Below, piece by piece: positions 53,746 through 62,920 of a DNA stretch of 64,000 nt (its first letter is position 1; the number at the start of each line of letters is the position of its first letter). Made by a program: the position numbers and the translations under genes. The notes below the pieces were generated by a model. The model was not told where the DNA came from. It was given only the letters and a program-made list of their open reading frames with translations, and made no database searches. The stretch comes from Dehalococcoidia bacterium. GTDB lineage: Bacteria > Chloroflexota > Dehalococcoidia > Lucifugimonadales > UBA3495. Location of the stretch: positions 24,433 through 88,432 of the forward strand of contig OZ241860.1 of NCBI GenBank assembly GCA_965203195.1. Reading direction: 5' to 3'.

Positions 53746-54588
53746 ATGTCCGTTGGCATTTCCATACCCCTGCCCGCCTACACCCTGGACCCGGCCTTTA
53801 TGGCGGGCGCCGCTGAAGCCCTCGGCTTTGAATCCATCTGGTACGCCGAGCATCCCGTTCTGCCCGTGCAGAGCGCCAGCCAATTCCCCTCCGGCGGCGC
53901 CATCCCCTGGACTTACGCCCACTTCGCCGACCCCTACATCGCCCTGGCCCGCGCTTCCGGTGCCACCAACGCCATCAAACTCGGCACCGGCATCACCCTG
54001 GTGCCGGAACGCAACCCCCTGCTGCTGGCCAAAGAAATCGCTACCCTCGACCGCATCAGCGGCGGACGCTTCCTCTTTGGCATCGGCGCCGGCTGGAACC
54101 GGGAGGAAACGGAGATTTTCGGCGGCGACTTCGACCACCGCTGGACGCAAACCCGCGAAGCCGTCGCCGCTATGAAGGAACTCTGGACGCAAGACGAAGC
54201 CGAGTACCACGGCGCCTACTACAACTTCCCGCCCGTCAAATGCAACCCCAAGCCCGTCCAGCAGCCCCATCCGCCGGTGATCCTGGGCGGCCTGGCCCGC
54301 CGGGTGCTTCAGAGAGTCGCTGCTTGGGGCGACGGCTGGCTGCCCAATCGCATCACGCCCGCCGAAGTGGAAAACAGCCGCCGCCAGCTGGACACTCTGG
54401 CCGCCGCCCGCGGCCGCGACCCTCAATCCCTCACCATCTCCGTGTACGGCCAGCCCCCCGACGGACCGCTGGTGCAGGACTTCCTCAACGCCGGCGCCAA
54501 CCGCGTCGTCGTCCGCCCCGAACACTGCGACTCCGAAGCCGAAATGTCCGCCCAGCTGGAACGAATCGCCGCCTCAGTGCTGCGCTGA
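53746..54588 (+). CDS. LLM-class (probably F420-dependent) oxidoreductase
   Basis: AEALGFESIWYAEH, LLAKEIATLD..SGGR and PKPVQQPHPP..LGG motifs. Confidence 0.9.
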   Translation: MSVGISIPLPAYTLDPAFMAGAAEALGFESIWYAEHPVLPVQSASQFPSGGAIPWTYAHFADPYIALARASGATNAIKLGTGITLVPERNPLLLAKEIATLDRISGGRFLFGIGAGWNREETEIFGGDFDHRWTQTREAVAAMKELWTQDEAEYHGAYYNFPPVKCNPKPVQQPHPPVILGGLARRVLQRVAAWGDGWLPNRITPAEVENSRRQLDTLAAARGRDPQSLTISVYGQPPDGPLVQDFLNAGANRVVVRPEHCDSEAEMSAQLERIAASVLR

Positions 54589-54695
54589 ACGCCCCCCTTT
54601 CGCGCCGCCGGATACCCGGCCCGTCGCTTCCCCCGGGGCCACCGTTCCCCCAGGCCCGCTGTTCCCCCGGCCAATAAACCAGAGGTAACGCCGCT

Positions 54696-56057
54696 ATGGA
54701 CCGCACCACCGAACTGCTCTCCGCCTACGCCTGCAACCTGGCCTACGAGGACTTGCCGCCGGCCATCGTCCACCAGGTCAAGCGCACCGTTGCCGACACC
54801 CTCGGCTGCGCCATCGGCGGCTACCTCAGCGAACCCGCCAAAGTCGCCCGCAAACTGGCCGGCGACATCGCCACCGGCGGCGCCCCGGCCCGCATCCTCG
54901 GCTCCACCGGCCACTCCTCTCCCGATCTCGCCGGCTTCGCCAACGGCGTGATGGTGCGCTACCTGGACTGCAACGACTCCTACTTCTCCCCCGGCGGCGG
55001 CCATCCCAGCGATATGATTCCCGCCGCCTTCGCCTTTGCCGACTGCGCCGCCGCCGACGGCCGCGCCATCATCACCGCCATCACCCTGGCCTACGAAGTC
55101 TTCTGCCGCATCGCCGACCAGGTGCCTGCCAACCCCTGGGATCAGGGCATATTCAGCGTCATCGGCGCCGCCTGCGCCGCCGGCAAGGTGCTGGGCCTGG
55201 ACGAGGAGCAGATGGGCAACGCCATCTCCCTGGCCGCCGTCCCCAATGTCCCTCTGCGCGTAACCCGTATGGGCGAACTCTCAATGTGGAAAGGCTGCGC
55301 CGCCGCCGCCGCCACCCGCGCCGGCATCTTCGCCGCCCAGCTCGCCGCCGAGGGTATGACCGGCCCCGGCGCGCCCTTTGAAGGCCGCAGCGGCCTCTGG
55401 GAACAGGCCATCGGCTACCCCGTCGCCATCGCCGCCCTGGGCGGCGACGACGACAATTCCCCCTTCCGCATCGCCGACACCATCTTCAAATACTATCCCT
55501 CTCAAATACACACCCAGGCCCCCATCGACCTGGCCATCCGCCTCCACCACCGCCTCAACCTGGACGACATCGCCGCCATCAAAATCCAGTCCTATCAGTC
55601 CGCCGTCAGCAGCGCCTCCACCGAGCCCGAAAAATGGGATCCCAAAACCCGTGAAACGGCCGACCACAGCATCCCCTTCCTCACCGCCGTCGGGCTACGC
55701 GACGGCGCCGTCACCCCGGCCACCTTCGCCCCCGACCGCATCGCCGACCCCGCCCTGCGCGCCATCATCGGCAAAATGCGAATTGAGGAAAACCCCGATT
55801 TCACCGCCCGCTATCCCGCCGAGTACAACTGCCGCATTGAGGTCATCAAACGCAACGGTCAGACCGAAGTCGCCGCCACCGGACACCCCAAAGGCCACGG
55901 CCAAAACCCCCTCACCGACGCCGAAGTGGACGCCAAGTTCCGCCGCCTCGCCGTCCCCACCATCACCGAACAGCAGTGCGCCCAGGCCCTGGAACTCATC
56001 TGGTCCCTGGAAAACCTCCCCAACCTGCGCGGCATTTTCGACAGCCTGGTCGTCTGA
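54696..56057 (+). CDS. MmgE/PrpD family protein (2-methylcitrate dehydratase-like)
   Basis: RYLDCND, GHPSD, GELSMWKG, ETADHS and PKGH..NP motifs. Confidence 0.9.
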   Translation: MDRTTELLSAYACNLAYEDLPPAIVHQVKRTVADTLGCAIGGYLSEPAKVARKLAGDIATGGAPARILGSTGHSSPDLAGFANGVMVRYLDCNDSYFSPGGGHPSDMIPAAFAFADCAAADGRAIITAITLAYEVFCRIADQVPANPWDQGIFSVIGAACAAGKVLGLDEEQMGNAISLAAVPNVPLRVTRMGELSMWKGCAAAAATRAGIFAAQLAAEGMTGPGAPFEGRSGLWEQAIGYPVAIAALGGDDDNSPFRIADTIFKYYPSQIHTQAPIDLAIRLHHRLNLDDIAAIKIQSYQSAVSSASTEPEKWDPKTRETADHSIPFLTAVGLRDGAVTPATFAPDRIADPALRAIIGKMRIEENPDFTARYPAEYNCRIEVIKRNGQTEVAATGHPKGHGQNPLTDAEVDAKFRRLAVPTITEQQCAQALELIWSLENLPNLRGIFDSLVV

Positions 56058-56119
56058 AAACCGCCAATCCAAACCCCCGCCGCCGGCGTATAATACAGCG
56101 CAAGGAGGCACTCCCCCCA

Positions 56120-56149
56120 ATGTTTGCCCGCCTGTGGAGGCCATCGTGA
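56120..56149 (+). other. Possible 9-codon uORF coupled to the sigma factor start
   Basis: AAGGAGG then ATG, MFARLWRPS*; its TGA overlaps the sigma GTG (GTGA). Confidence 0.35.
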
Positions 56150-56727
56150 ACGACCACCACAATCACAATAACCCCGATACCCGGCATATCCTGGACATCG
56201 GCGCCGGCGACGAACGCGCCCTGGAAGCCATCTACGACCGCTACGCCCAGCGCATCTACTCCCTTGCCCTGTCCATCCTCAACGACGCCAGCCTGGCCGA
56301 GGACGCCGTACAGGAAGTCTTCAGCAACATCTGGCAGAAGGCCGGCACCTACCGCCCCGAAATGGCCGCCCCCGGCACCTGGATTATGTCCGTCGCCCAC
56401 CATAAAGTGGTGGACTATTTCCGCTCCCGCCGCCGCGCCGCCGACCTCCTGGCCCCCCACGACGACGAGGCCCTGCAACGCATCCCCAGCCCGGCGTTGA
56501 GCGTCGAGGAACAGGTAGCCCGCGGCTTCGACGCCCGTATGGTGCGCGCCGCCCTCCTGGAACTGCCCGAGGAACAGCGCCGCCCCCTCTACCTCTCCGC
56601 CTGGCACGGCTACACCCAATCCGAAATCGCCAAGCTCCTGGGCTGGCCCCTCGGCACCGTCAAAACCCGGATGCGACTGGGTATGCAAAAACTCAAGGCA
56701 GCGTTGGAGGAATATGTGGCCGCCTGA
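56146..56727 (+). CDS. ECF sigma factor (SigK-like)
   Basis: GDERALEAIYDRY, AEDAVQEVF, LPEEQR and G.TQSEIA..LG.PLGTVKTRMR motifs. Confidence 0.92.
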   Translation: MNDHHNHNNPDTRHILDIGAGDERALEAIYDRYAQRIYSLALSILNDASLAEDAVQEVFSNIWQKAGTYRPEMAAPGTWIMSVAHHKVVDYFRSRRRAADLLAPHDDEALQRIPSPALSVEEQVARGFDARMVRAALLELPEEQRRPLYLSAWHGYTQSEIAKLLGWPLGTVKTRMRLGMQKLKAALEEYVAA

Positions 56728-57952
56728 CGACTACACCGCCAACCCGGCCAATCCCCCGGAACTCCCGCCGGAACACCCGGAGGAGGCCCTGGCCGCCTTC
56801 GCGCTCAACGCCCTGGACGACGCCGAATTCCAGGCCGTCTTTCACCACGTCGTCCGGTGCCTGCATTGCCAGGAAGTCCTGCTCGGCTTCCAGGAAACGG
56901 CGGCGCGGCTGACCGGCTCGGCCCCGGCGGGAACCCCCCTGCCCGCAGACTTGAAAGAACGCGTCCTGTCCACCGCCGTGGGCCGCCCCCCCGCCCCGCC
57001 GGCCGCCGCGCCCGCCGCTTTGCCGCCGCCCGACCCGCGCTGGTCCTTGCCACGCCTGCGCCGCTGGCTGACCCCGGCCATCGTCAGCGCCCTGTGCCTT
57101 ATGCTGGCGGCATCCATAGCCTTCATCGCCTTGCAGCAGCGCGAAATCAGCCGCCTGGCGGCCGCCAACGAGTCCATCACCGCCGCTCCCGTTGTCCTGT
57201 TGCCGGCCCCTTCCGCTGCCGCCGCTACCAATGCCAATGCCCGGACGCCGGTTTCGGAAAGCAGGTCAGCGTCCGCATCTACATCCGCAGCGGCGGCGCC
57301 GGCGTCCGCCCCGGCCCCGGCCGCCGCGCCCGCCGTTGCGCCCCAATCAGCCGCCGCCTATAACGCCGCGGCCCCGACTGCGCCGCCGGACATTCCCGTC
57401 GCCGCCGACGCCGGCAGCCTGCTGTCGCGGATCGGCAGCTCCCTGAACCCGTCCCCCGACCGGAACGACCGGGCCATAGCCGGCGCGGCCGACGCCGACG
57501 CCGAAACCCTCGCCGCCGCCGGCGCCGGGGAAGTCAACCTGGTCAAACAGGAAATGGCCGATGTGGTCGAAGCTACCGTCCTCTCCGCCCAGCCCGAAAC
57601 GGAAAAACTGGCAATGACCTCGCCCCTGGGCACCGAACCCGAAGCAAAAGGCGTGCTGATCGTCGACCCCACCGGCCTCCGCGCCGTGCTGATGGTGTCG
57701 GGTATGCCGGCCGATTCCTACCAGATTTGGCTGGTGCGCGGCAACAAACAGACGCTGGTCGACCGCATCATCGTCAACGACGACGACGGCGCCGGCGTCA
57801 AGCACCTGCAACTGCGCGACTCGGTGTTTGATTTCCGCGAAGTGGCCCTGCTGCCCGACGAGCGCCACGGCCCCACCAGCCCCACCGGGGCCAAATTCCT
57901 CTCCGCCCGCATCATCAACGGCCCGCCCCTGCCCCCGCGCCTCCCCCGCTAG
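56714..57952 (+). CDS. Anti-sigma factor (ZAS + TM + RskA-like C-terminus)
   Basis: HVVRCLHC (HxxxCxxC), one TM helix, Ala/Pro linker, YQIWL and PTSPTG. Confidence 0.85.
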   Translation: MWPPDDYTANPANPPELPPEHPEEALAAFALNALDDAEFQAVFHHVVRCLHCQEVLLGFQETAARLTGSAPAGTPLPADLKERVLSTAVGRPPAPPAAAPAALPPPDPRWSLPRLRRWLTPAIVSALCLMLAASIAFIALQQREISRLAAANESITAAPVVLLPAPSAAAATNANARTPVSESRSASASTSAAAAPASAPAPAAAPAVAPQSAAAYNAAAPTAPPDIPVAADAGSLLSRIGSSLNPSPDRNDRAIAGAADADAETLAAAGAGEVNLVKQEMADVVEATVLSAQPETEKLAMTSPLGTEPEAKGVLIVDPTGLRAVLMVSGMPADSYQIWLVRGNKQTLVDRIIVNDDDGAGVKHLQLRDSVFDFREVALLPDERHGPTSPTGAKFLSARIINGPPLPPRLPR

Positions 57953-58030
57953 GCTTGCTCTGCTAGGCTGCTCTGCTAGGCTGCTCCACTGGGGATACTC
58001 CACTGGGGATGCTCCACAGGAACGCTCCGA
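57949..58030. repeat. Six drifting 13-14-bp tandem units
   Basis: CTAGGCTTGCTCTG, CTAGGCTGCTCTG, CTAGGCTGCTCCA, CTGGGGATACTCCA, CTGGGGATGCTCCA, CAGGAACGCTCCGA. Confidence 0.75.
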
Positions 58031-58032
58031 CT

Positions 58033-58197
58033 ATGCCCGCCCCGACCACAACCGCGCCGCCCCCATCGGAACCCCCGCGCCTGCGTCGCCGGGATGACGG
58101 CCTGGACTGCGAAATCTGCGGCTTCCGTATGCGCGCCCGCAGCTGCAAAATCAGCTGCCCCAACTGCGGCTTCACCCGGGATTGTTCCGACCCGTAG
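58033..58197 (+). CDS. Small CPxCG-type zinc-finger protein
   Basis: CEICG...CKISCPNCGFTRDCSDP. Confidence 0.75.
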   Translation: MPAPTTTAPPPSEPPRLRRRDDGLDCEICGFRMRARSCKISCPNCGFTRDCSDP

Positions 58198-58213
58198 GTA
58201 GCAGCGGCCACCC

Positions 58214-59683
58214 TCACCCGGCTGGCTGGCTGGCCGGAAACGGCCACCACTCCGGCGTCGCCCGCAGCCGCAACTGCCGGAACAGCTCTGGCTGCGCCGC
58301 CACCGCCAGCCGCATCGCCTCCTCCACCGGCCCCCGGATGGACGCGTGCGCCTCCCGCGACGTCCGCAGCCGGAACAGGTGGTAGCACTCCCGCAGGTTC
58401 ATCCGCGCCAGAACCCGCTGCCGGTGGGCGTGCGTCGCCAGATATTGCGCCGCCGCCGGGGATACCCTACGGATACCCATAAACGCCCTTTCCGACCGCA
58501 GCATCGCTTCCTCAAACGCCGGCAGCAACCCCGCTTCGGCAATCAGCGCCGGCGCATCATACCCGTTGCCCACCGTCAGCGGCTGCGACAGGCCGGTCAG
58601 CATCCGGTGCCGGCGAAACTCCCGCAGCGCTCCGTAGTCAAAGACGAACTCAAAGGTATAGCCCGCCACCTCAAACTCCCTCGGCGCGGCGTCATGAGGC
58701 CCGATATTCCGCGTCGCCTCGTCAATCACTCCCTGCATTTCCGCAGCGGACATCCCCGCAACCCGCCTGACCACATCCGCATACCCGCCCCCCTTGCGAA
58801 ACAGCAGCGCCGCCGCCACCTTGCTCGTGGCGTCCCGGTCGTAATCCGCCAGCGTTACCCTGGTCCTTTCGCGCTCGCCGCTGCCGCTGCCGCGCTCGTC
58901 CCCATCATCGCCCTCGTCGCCGGCCTTTGCGGAAACCCGCCGCCGTTCCGCCAGATACGGATTATAGTCGGCGTACTTCACCAGCGTGGGCGCAATCCTT
59001 CGCCCCTGTTCCCGCAGCTCTGCCCCGATCTCCCGTTCCTCCGCCAGCTCCGACGACAGCAGCTTGCTGATGGCGTACTCCAGCGTCCGCGCGTTGGCCG
59101 TAACGCCCACATTCGTCAGCGTAGCCGCCGGCAGCGCGGCGCGTACGGCGTCCGTCGCCAGCCGGCGGCGCCGCAGACGATACGCCCCGTCCCCTTCGCC
59201 GTCCTTGGGCGGCAACGCGCCGCGCAGATAAGCCATAACCCCGTCCAGCAGCCGTTGATAGGCGTCAAACAGCCCCCGGCAGGCGTCCGCGTACTCCGCC
59301 CGCTGCGCCGGGTAAGCCTCCAGTTCCGGCGGTATGTAAAAGCTGCCCGCGTCAATCACCTGGTAGCGCGACGACTTTTCGGTATAAGACGCCAGCCGGT
59401 TATCCTCCAGCCCATCGCACGCCAGCCGCGATATGTTCTCCACCGCCAGGTGGACAACGGCGTGTTCCGCCACCGACGAATGGCCGTAGCCTACCACCCA
59501 GCGCTTGTTGAAATCGGCCGCCCGCTCGGCGCTGACCTGCGCCGCAATCTCGTCAAAGGGCTCTGGCCGCCGCGAGGTCATCGCAAAGGCCACGGCGATC
59601 TGCTCCTCGGTCAAATCCCGGGGCGCCAGGGGATAGATGCGGCGGCATTGCGCCGGCGGCGGTTGTGCAGTCAAAAATGTCAT
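58214..59683 (-). CDS. thyX: FAD-dependent thymidylate synthase, long two-domain form
   Basis: YGHSSVAEH, SYTEKSSRY, NARTLE, then a second domain with REFRRHR and LRT..AH..IR. Confidence 0.9.
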   Translation of the reverse strand: MTFLTAQPPPAQCRRIYPLAPRDLTEEQIAVAFAMTSRRPEPFDEIAAQVSAERAADFNKRWVVGYGHSSVAEHAVVHLAVENISRLACDGLEDNRLASYTEKSSRYQVIDAGSFYIPPELEAYPAQRAEYADACRGLFDAYQRLLDGVMAYLRGALPPKDGEGDGAYRLRRRRLATDAVRAALPAATLTNVGVTANARTLEYAISKLLSSELAEEREIGAELREQGRRIAPTLVKYADYNPYLAERRRVSAKAGDEGDDGDERGSGSGERERTRVTLADYDRDATSKVAAALLFRKGGGYADVVRRVAGMSAAEMQGVIDEATRNIGPHDAAPREFEVAGYTFEFVFDYGALREFRRHRMLTGLSQPLTVGNGYDAPALIAEAGLLPAFEEAMLRSERAFMGIRRVSPAAAQYLATHAHRQRVLARMNLRECYHLFRLRTSREAHASIRGPVEEAMRLAVAAQPELFRQLRLRATPEWWPFPASQPAG

Positions 59684-59743
59684 CCGGCTGGTACTGCCTT
59701 GCGAGTATCAGCCGGATACTAGTGCCATTTCTTATAAAATGCA

Positions 59744-59835
59744 CAAAAACCGAGCGTCAAATTTGGAGCTTTATTCTTCGCGCCGGCCTCACGATGGCCG
59801 CAAAAACGAGCGTCAAATTTGGAGCTTTATTCTTC
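59744..59835. repeat. Direct repeat including a gene stop codon
   Basis: CGAGCGTCAAATTTGGAGCTTTATTCTTC exact at 59751-59779 and 59807-59835, each preceded by CAAAAA. Confidence 0.9.
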
Positions 59836-60621
59836 CGCCAGCTCGCAGACCACCACCGCCCAGTGGTGCACGAACTTCGCCCGCCCGTCCTCCCGGAACG
59901 CCTGCATCCCGGTGGGCGCGCCGCCGGCCAGCTCCGCCTCCAAAGCCCCCCGGATTTCCTGCCGCACCGCCTCCGGCGCCGCCGTCAGCTCCATCCATTC
60001 CTCCAGATCCCGCGCCGCGTCCGTCTCCGCCGTGTGCACCGGACGCAGCCCGCACCTGCTCGCCAGCGCCAGCAGCCCCGACACCGCAAACGCTGTGGTA
60101 TGCGACGGATCCCGCAGGCGTTCCAGCCGGTTGTGCGTCGCCGCCAGCGCGGCGTCATCCAGCGCCGTTATGTCGACGATAGCCACCCGGCCGTCGGGCT
60201 TGCACACCCGCCGCATTTCGCCCAGCTCCACCGTCGGGTCCGCGAAATGATGCACGGCAATCCTGCTGATCACCAGGTCAAAGCGGTCCTCGGCATAGGG
60301 CAAAGCCGCCGCGTCGCCATCGTCAAAGGCAATGTTGGCGATGCCGGCCTCGCCGGCAATCCGCCGCGCCTGCGCCAGCATTTCCGGGGTCACATCAATC
60401 CCCGTAACCCGCGCCACCCGGGGAGCCAGATCCCGCGCCATAATCCCCGTGCCCGTGGCCACATCAAGGACATCCTCCTGCCCGGTCAGCGCCAGGTTGT
60501 CCAGGATCCACCCCGGAATATCCCGGTTGTACCCCCCGCTGACCTGCTCCTCAAACTGCTCCGACTGGATGCGAAACTGCTCCCGCACTATGTCGGTATG
60601 GCTGCTGCGCTCGGTAGTCAT
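59827..60621 (-). CDS. Class I SAM-dependent methyltransferase (UbiE-like)
   Basis: VLDVATGTG, GDAAALPY..FDLV.SR.A.HHF and RDPSH motifs. Confidence 0.9.
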   Translation of the reverse strand: MTTERSSHTDIVREQFRIQSEQFEEQVSGGYNRDIPGWILDNLALTGQEDVLDVATGTGIMARDLAPRVARVTGIDVTPEMLAQARRIAGEAGIANIAFDDGDAAALPYAEDRFDLVISRIAVHHFADPTVELGEMRRVCKPDGRVAIVDITALDDAALAATHNRLERLRDPSHTTAFAVSGLLALASRCGLRPVHTAETDAARDLEEWMELTAAPEAVRQEIRGALEAELAGGAPTGMQAFREDGRAKFVHHWAVVVCELAEE

Positions 60622-60624
60622 CGT

Positions 60625-62265
60625 CTAACCTCGGCAAAAGGCGGGAAACCCGTCGGGCATCACCACCTCAATCAGATGTATCCGGTCGGCGGCCACCGCG
60701 TCCTGCACCGCCCGCGTCATCTCGTCCACATTGTGCACCCGCGTGCCCCCGATGCCGTAGGAATCGAACAGCTTGACGAAATCCGGGTTCACCAGATCCG
60801 TCCCCATCCGCCGCCCGCCCCGGCTCTGCTGGTAACCCTTCAGCACTCCCCACGCGCTGTCGTTGAACACCATCACAACGGGGTTGATGCCGTACTGGAC
60901 GGCCGTCCCCAGCTCCTGGGCATTGTACTGAAAACCGCCGTCGCCGGTAACGCAGATGACCGGACATTCCGGCCGCCCCGCTTTCGCGCCCATCGCCGCC
61001 GGAAAGCCGAATCCCAGCCCGGCCCACCCGTGCGGGTACATATAGCTGCGGGGACGGTTCATCGGCAGACAACGCACCGCCCGGTTCGCCGGCACCGTAG
61101 CGTCCAGGGCGAAAATCGTATCCTCCGGTATCACCGACCGGATGGCCTCCCACGCCCGCAGCTCCGGCCCCCATTCCTCCTGCAACCCGGCGTAAATCCG
61201 CCGCTTCAGGCTGGCGACTTCGGCGCGGTAATCGTCCCCAACGGATCTGTCCGCATCGCCCGCGGCGTCCAGGAACTGGCGCACCACGGCCCCGCTGTTG
61301 GCGGTAATGCCCACTGCGGTGTCGTAATTCCGGCCGATATAATCCCCGTCCAGCAGCACATGGATGACCGTTTCCGGCAGCTTGAGGCCCACGCCCGCGG
61401 TAGAACGATAGGGCAGGTTGCTGCCCAGCGCCAGCGCCACATCGCAGTCGCCCAGCCACTCCAGCGCCGGATTCTGCCCCCAGATGCGGTTGCCCAGCGC
61501 CATCCCCAGCGACAGCGGATGATTTTCGGGGAAAGTTCCCTTCGCCCCGTCGCCCGTTACCACGGGCGCCCCCAGCCGTTCCGCCAGGGCGATTATGTCA
61601 TCCCCGCCGCCGGTGGTATGAATTTCCTCGCCCAGAAAGATAACCGGCCGTTTGGCGTTCCGCAGCAGCTGCCAGGCGCGCTCCACCTGCGCCGGATCCC
61701 CCTGCGGAATCGCCGGTTCCCGCGGTTGCAGCACCTCCACATCCGCCGACTGCCTCAGCAGATCCGTCGGCACCTCCAGCTCAATGGGCCGCGGACGCCG
61801 TTCCCGGAAACGCACAAAGGCTTCCACAAAATGGTCGGGTATGGACTCAATCTGCCCGATGCGCGCGTTCCAGTCGGTAACGGCTGCGAACATCCCCAGC
61901 TGGTCTTTCGTTTCGTGGGTCGCCATCCGGCCGCTGCCCACGAACTCCGCCTCCACATTGGTGGTTACCTGCAATATGGACGACGCCGAAAAGTAAGCCT
62001 CGCCCATCGCGCCCACGGAATCGGCCGCCCCCGGCCCGGTGCTGGTCAGCAGAACGCCGGGCTTGCCGGTGGCGCGGGCGTACCCGTCGGCCATATAGCC
62101 GCAGCCCAGCTCCAGCCGCCCGCCAATAAACCGCACCTCGTCCTGCCGGTCAAAAAGGGCGTCAAACAGATCCAGGGTATGCACGGAGATGATGCCGAAA
62201 ACGGTATCAACCCCCTGCGCCTGCAACGATGCGACCACCGCCTGGCCGCCGGTCATTTCGGGCAT
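60625..62265 (-). CDS. Thiamine pyrophosphate-dependent enzyme
   Basis: MTGGQA, MADGYARATGKPG, GPGA and GDGGFQY...FND motifs. Confidence 0.9.
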   Translation of the reverse strand: MPEMTGGQAVVASLQAQGVDTVFGIISVHTLDLFDALFDRQDEVRFIGGRLELGCGYMADGYARATGKPGVLLTSTGPGAADSVGAMGEAYFSASSILQVTTNVEAEFVGSGRMATHETKDQLGMFAAVTDWNARIGQIESIPDHFVEAFVRFRERRPRPIELEVPTDLLRQSADVEVLQPREPAIPQGDPAQVERAWQLLRNAKRPVIFLGEEIHTTGGGDDIIALAERLGAPVVTGDGAKGTFPENHPLSLGMALGNRIWGQNPALEWLGDCDVALALGSNLPYRSTAGVGLKLPETVIHVLLDGDYIGRNYDTAVGITANSGAVVRQFLDAAGDADRSVGDDYRAEVASLKRRIYAGLQEEWGPELRAWEAIRSVIPEDTIFALDATVPANRAVRCLPMNRPRSYMYPHGWAGLGFGFPAAMGAKAGRPECPVICVTGDGGFQYNAQELGTAVQYGINPVVMVFNDSAWGVLKGYQQSRGGRRMGTDLVNPDFVKLFDSYGIGGTRVHNVDEMTRAVQDAVAADRIHLIEVVMPDGFPAFCRG

Positions 62266-62266
62266 T

Positions 62267-62830
62267 TCAGCCTCCCGCAGTTCCAGATTCGTCCGGCATC
62301 GGCTCGTCAAAAGACAAGCCGTTAGCCTCGGCTTCCATCCGCCGGGCATACCATTTCCGCCACGCCCGGTTAGCCTCCTCCTTGCCTTCGTCACGACCCT
62401 CAGCGTGCCCCTTGGCGCGACCTTCGGTAATATGCCGCTCGATGATCGGCTTCGTGAAAGCGTTGGTCAAAATCCCGTAGATGCCCATAAGCACTGCCAC
62501 TCCATACATTGCAACCATTGTCCCAATGGCGATGCCGATTCCAGTCGGCGCGAATTCGGCCGCCGTCTCGCGCACCAGCGTATTCCAGGTGGTCACGCAA
62601 TCCGACCCGCTGGCCGCCGCGCCCGCAACCGTCCACACAAACCCGCAGTACCCCGCCATCCGCACCTGCACAATCTCAACGATCGTCCACACCGATACGC
62701 CCGGGAATATGATGAAATACGCCACCGCCAACGGCTTCGGAATGCTCCAGATCGCGGTCTGGTCATCATCCAGAGGCGTCGCCAGAATGACCAGCAAACG
62801 GACGAACAGCTCCTTCATTTTAGCAAACAT
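62267..62830 (-). CDS. Hypothetical membrane protein with a EGR.EG-repeat tail
   Basis: 2-3 TM segments with a Cys pair; tail EGRAKGHAEGRDEGKEE...W..WY.RR..A...G..FDEP.P. Confidence 0.7.
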   Translation of the reverse strand: MFAKMKELFVRLLVILATPLDDDQTAIWSIPKPLAVAYFIIFPGVSVWTIVEIVQVRMAGYCGFVWTVAGAAASGSDCVTTWNTLVRETAAEFAPTGIGIAIGTMVAMYGVAVLMGIYGILTNAFTKPIIERHITEGRAKGHAEGRDEGKEEANRAWRKWYARRMEAEANGLSFDEPMPDESGTAGG

Positions 62831-62920
62831 AGCGCCCGCCGAGCCCCGCCCATCGCGCTGCAATTACGATTCATAGGGCCGATTTAAGCCTTCCGAAAGC
62901 ATCCGGCCGGAAAATCCGGC

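Noticed and set aside
58214-59683. Double-length ThyX as a novelty
   Set aside because: Two-domain ThyX proteins are already known in several lineages.
59665-62325. Long antisense ORFs (886 aa here; also 40273-42453, 51001-53007, 30528-32480, 1452-2660, 3947-5179)
   Set aside because: Shadow frames opposite well-supported genes, expected in high-GC DNA; no recognisable motifs.
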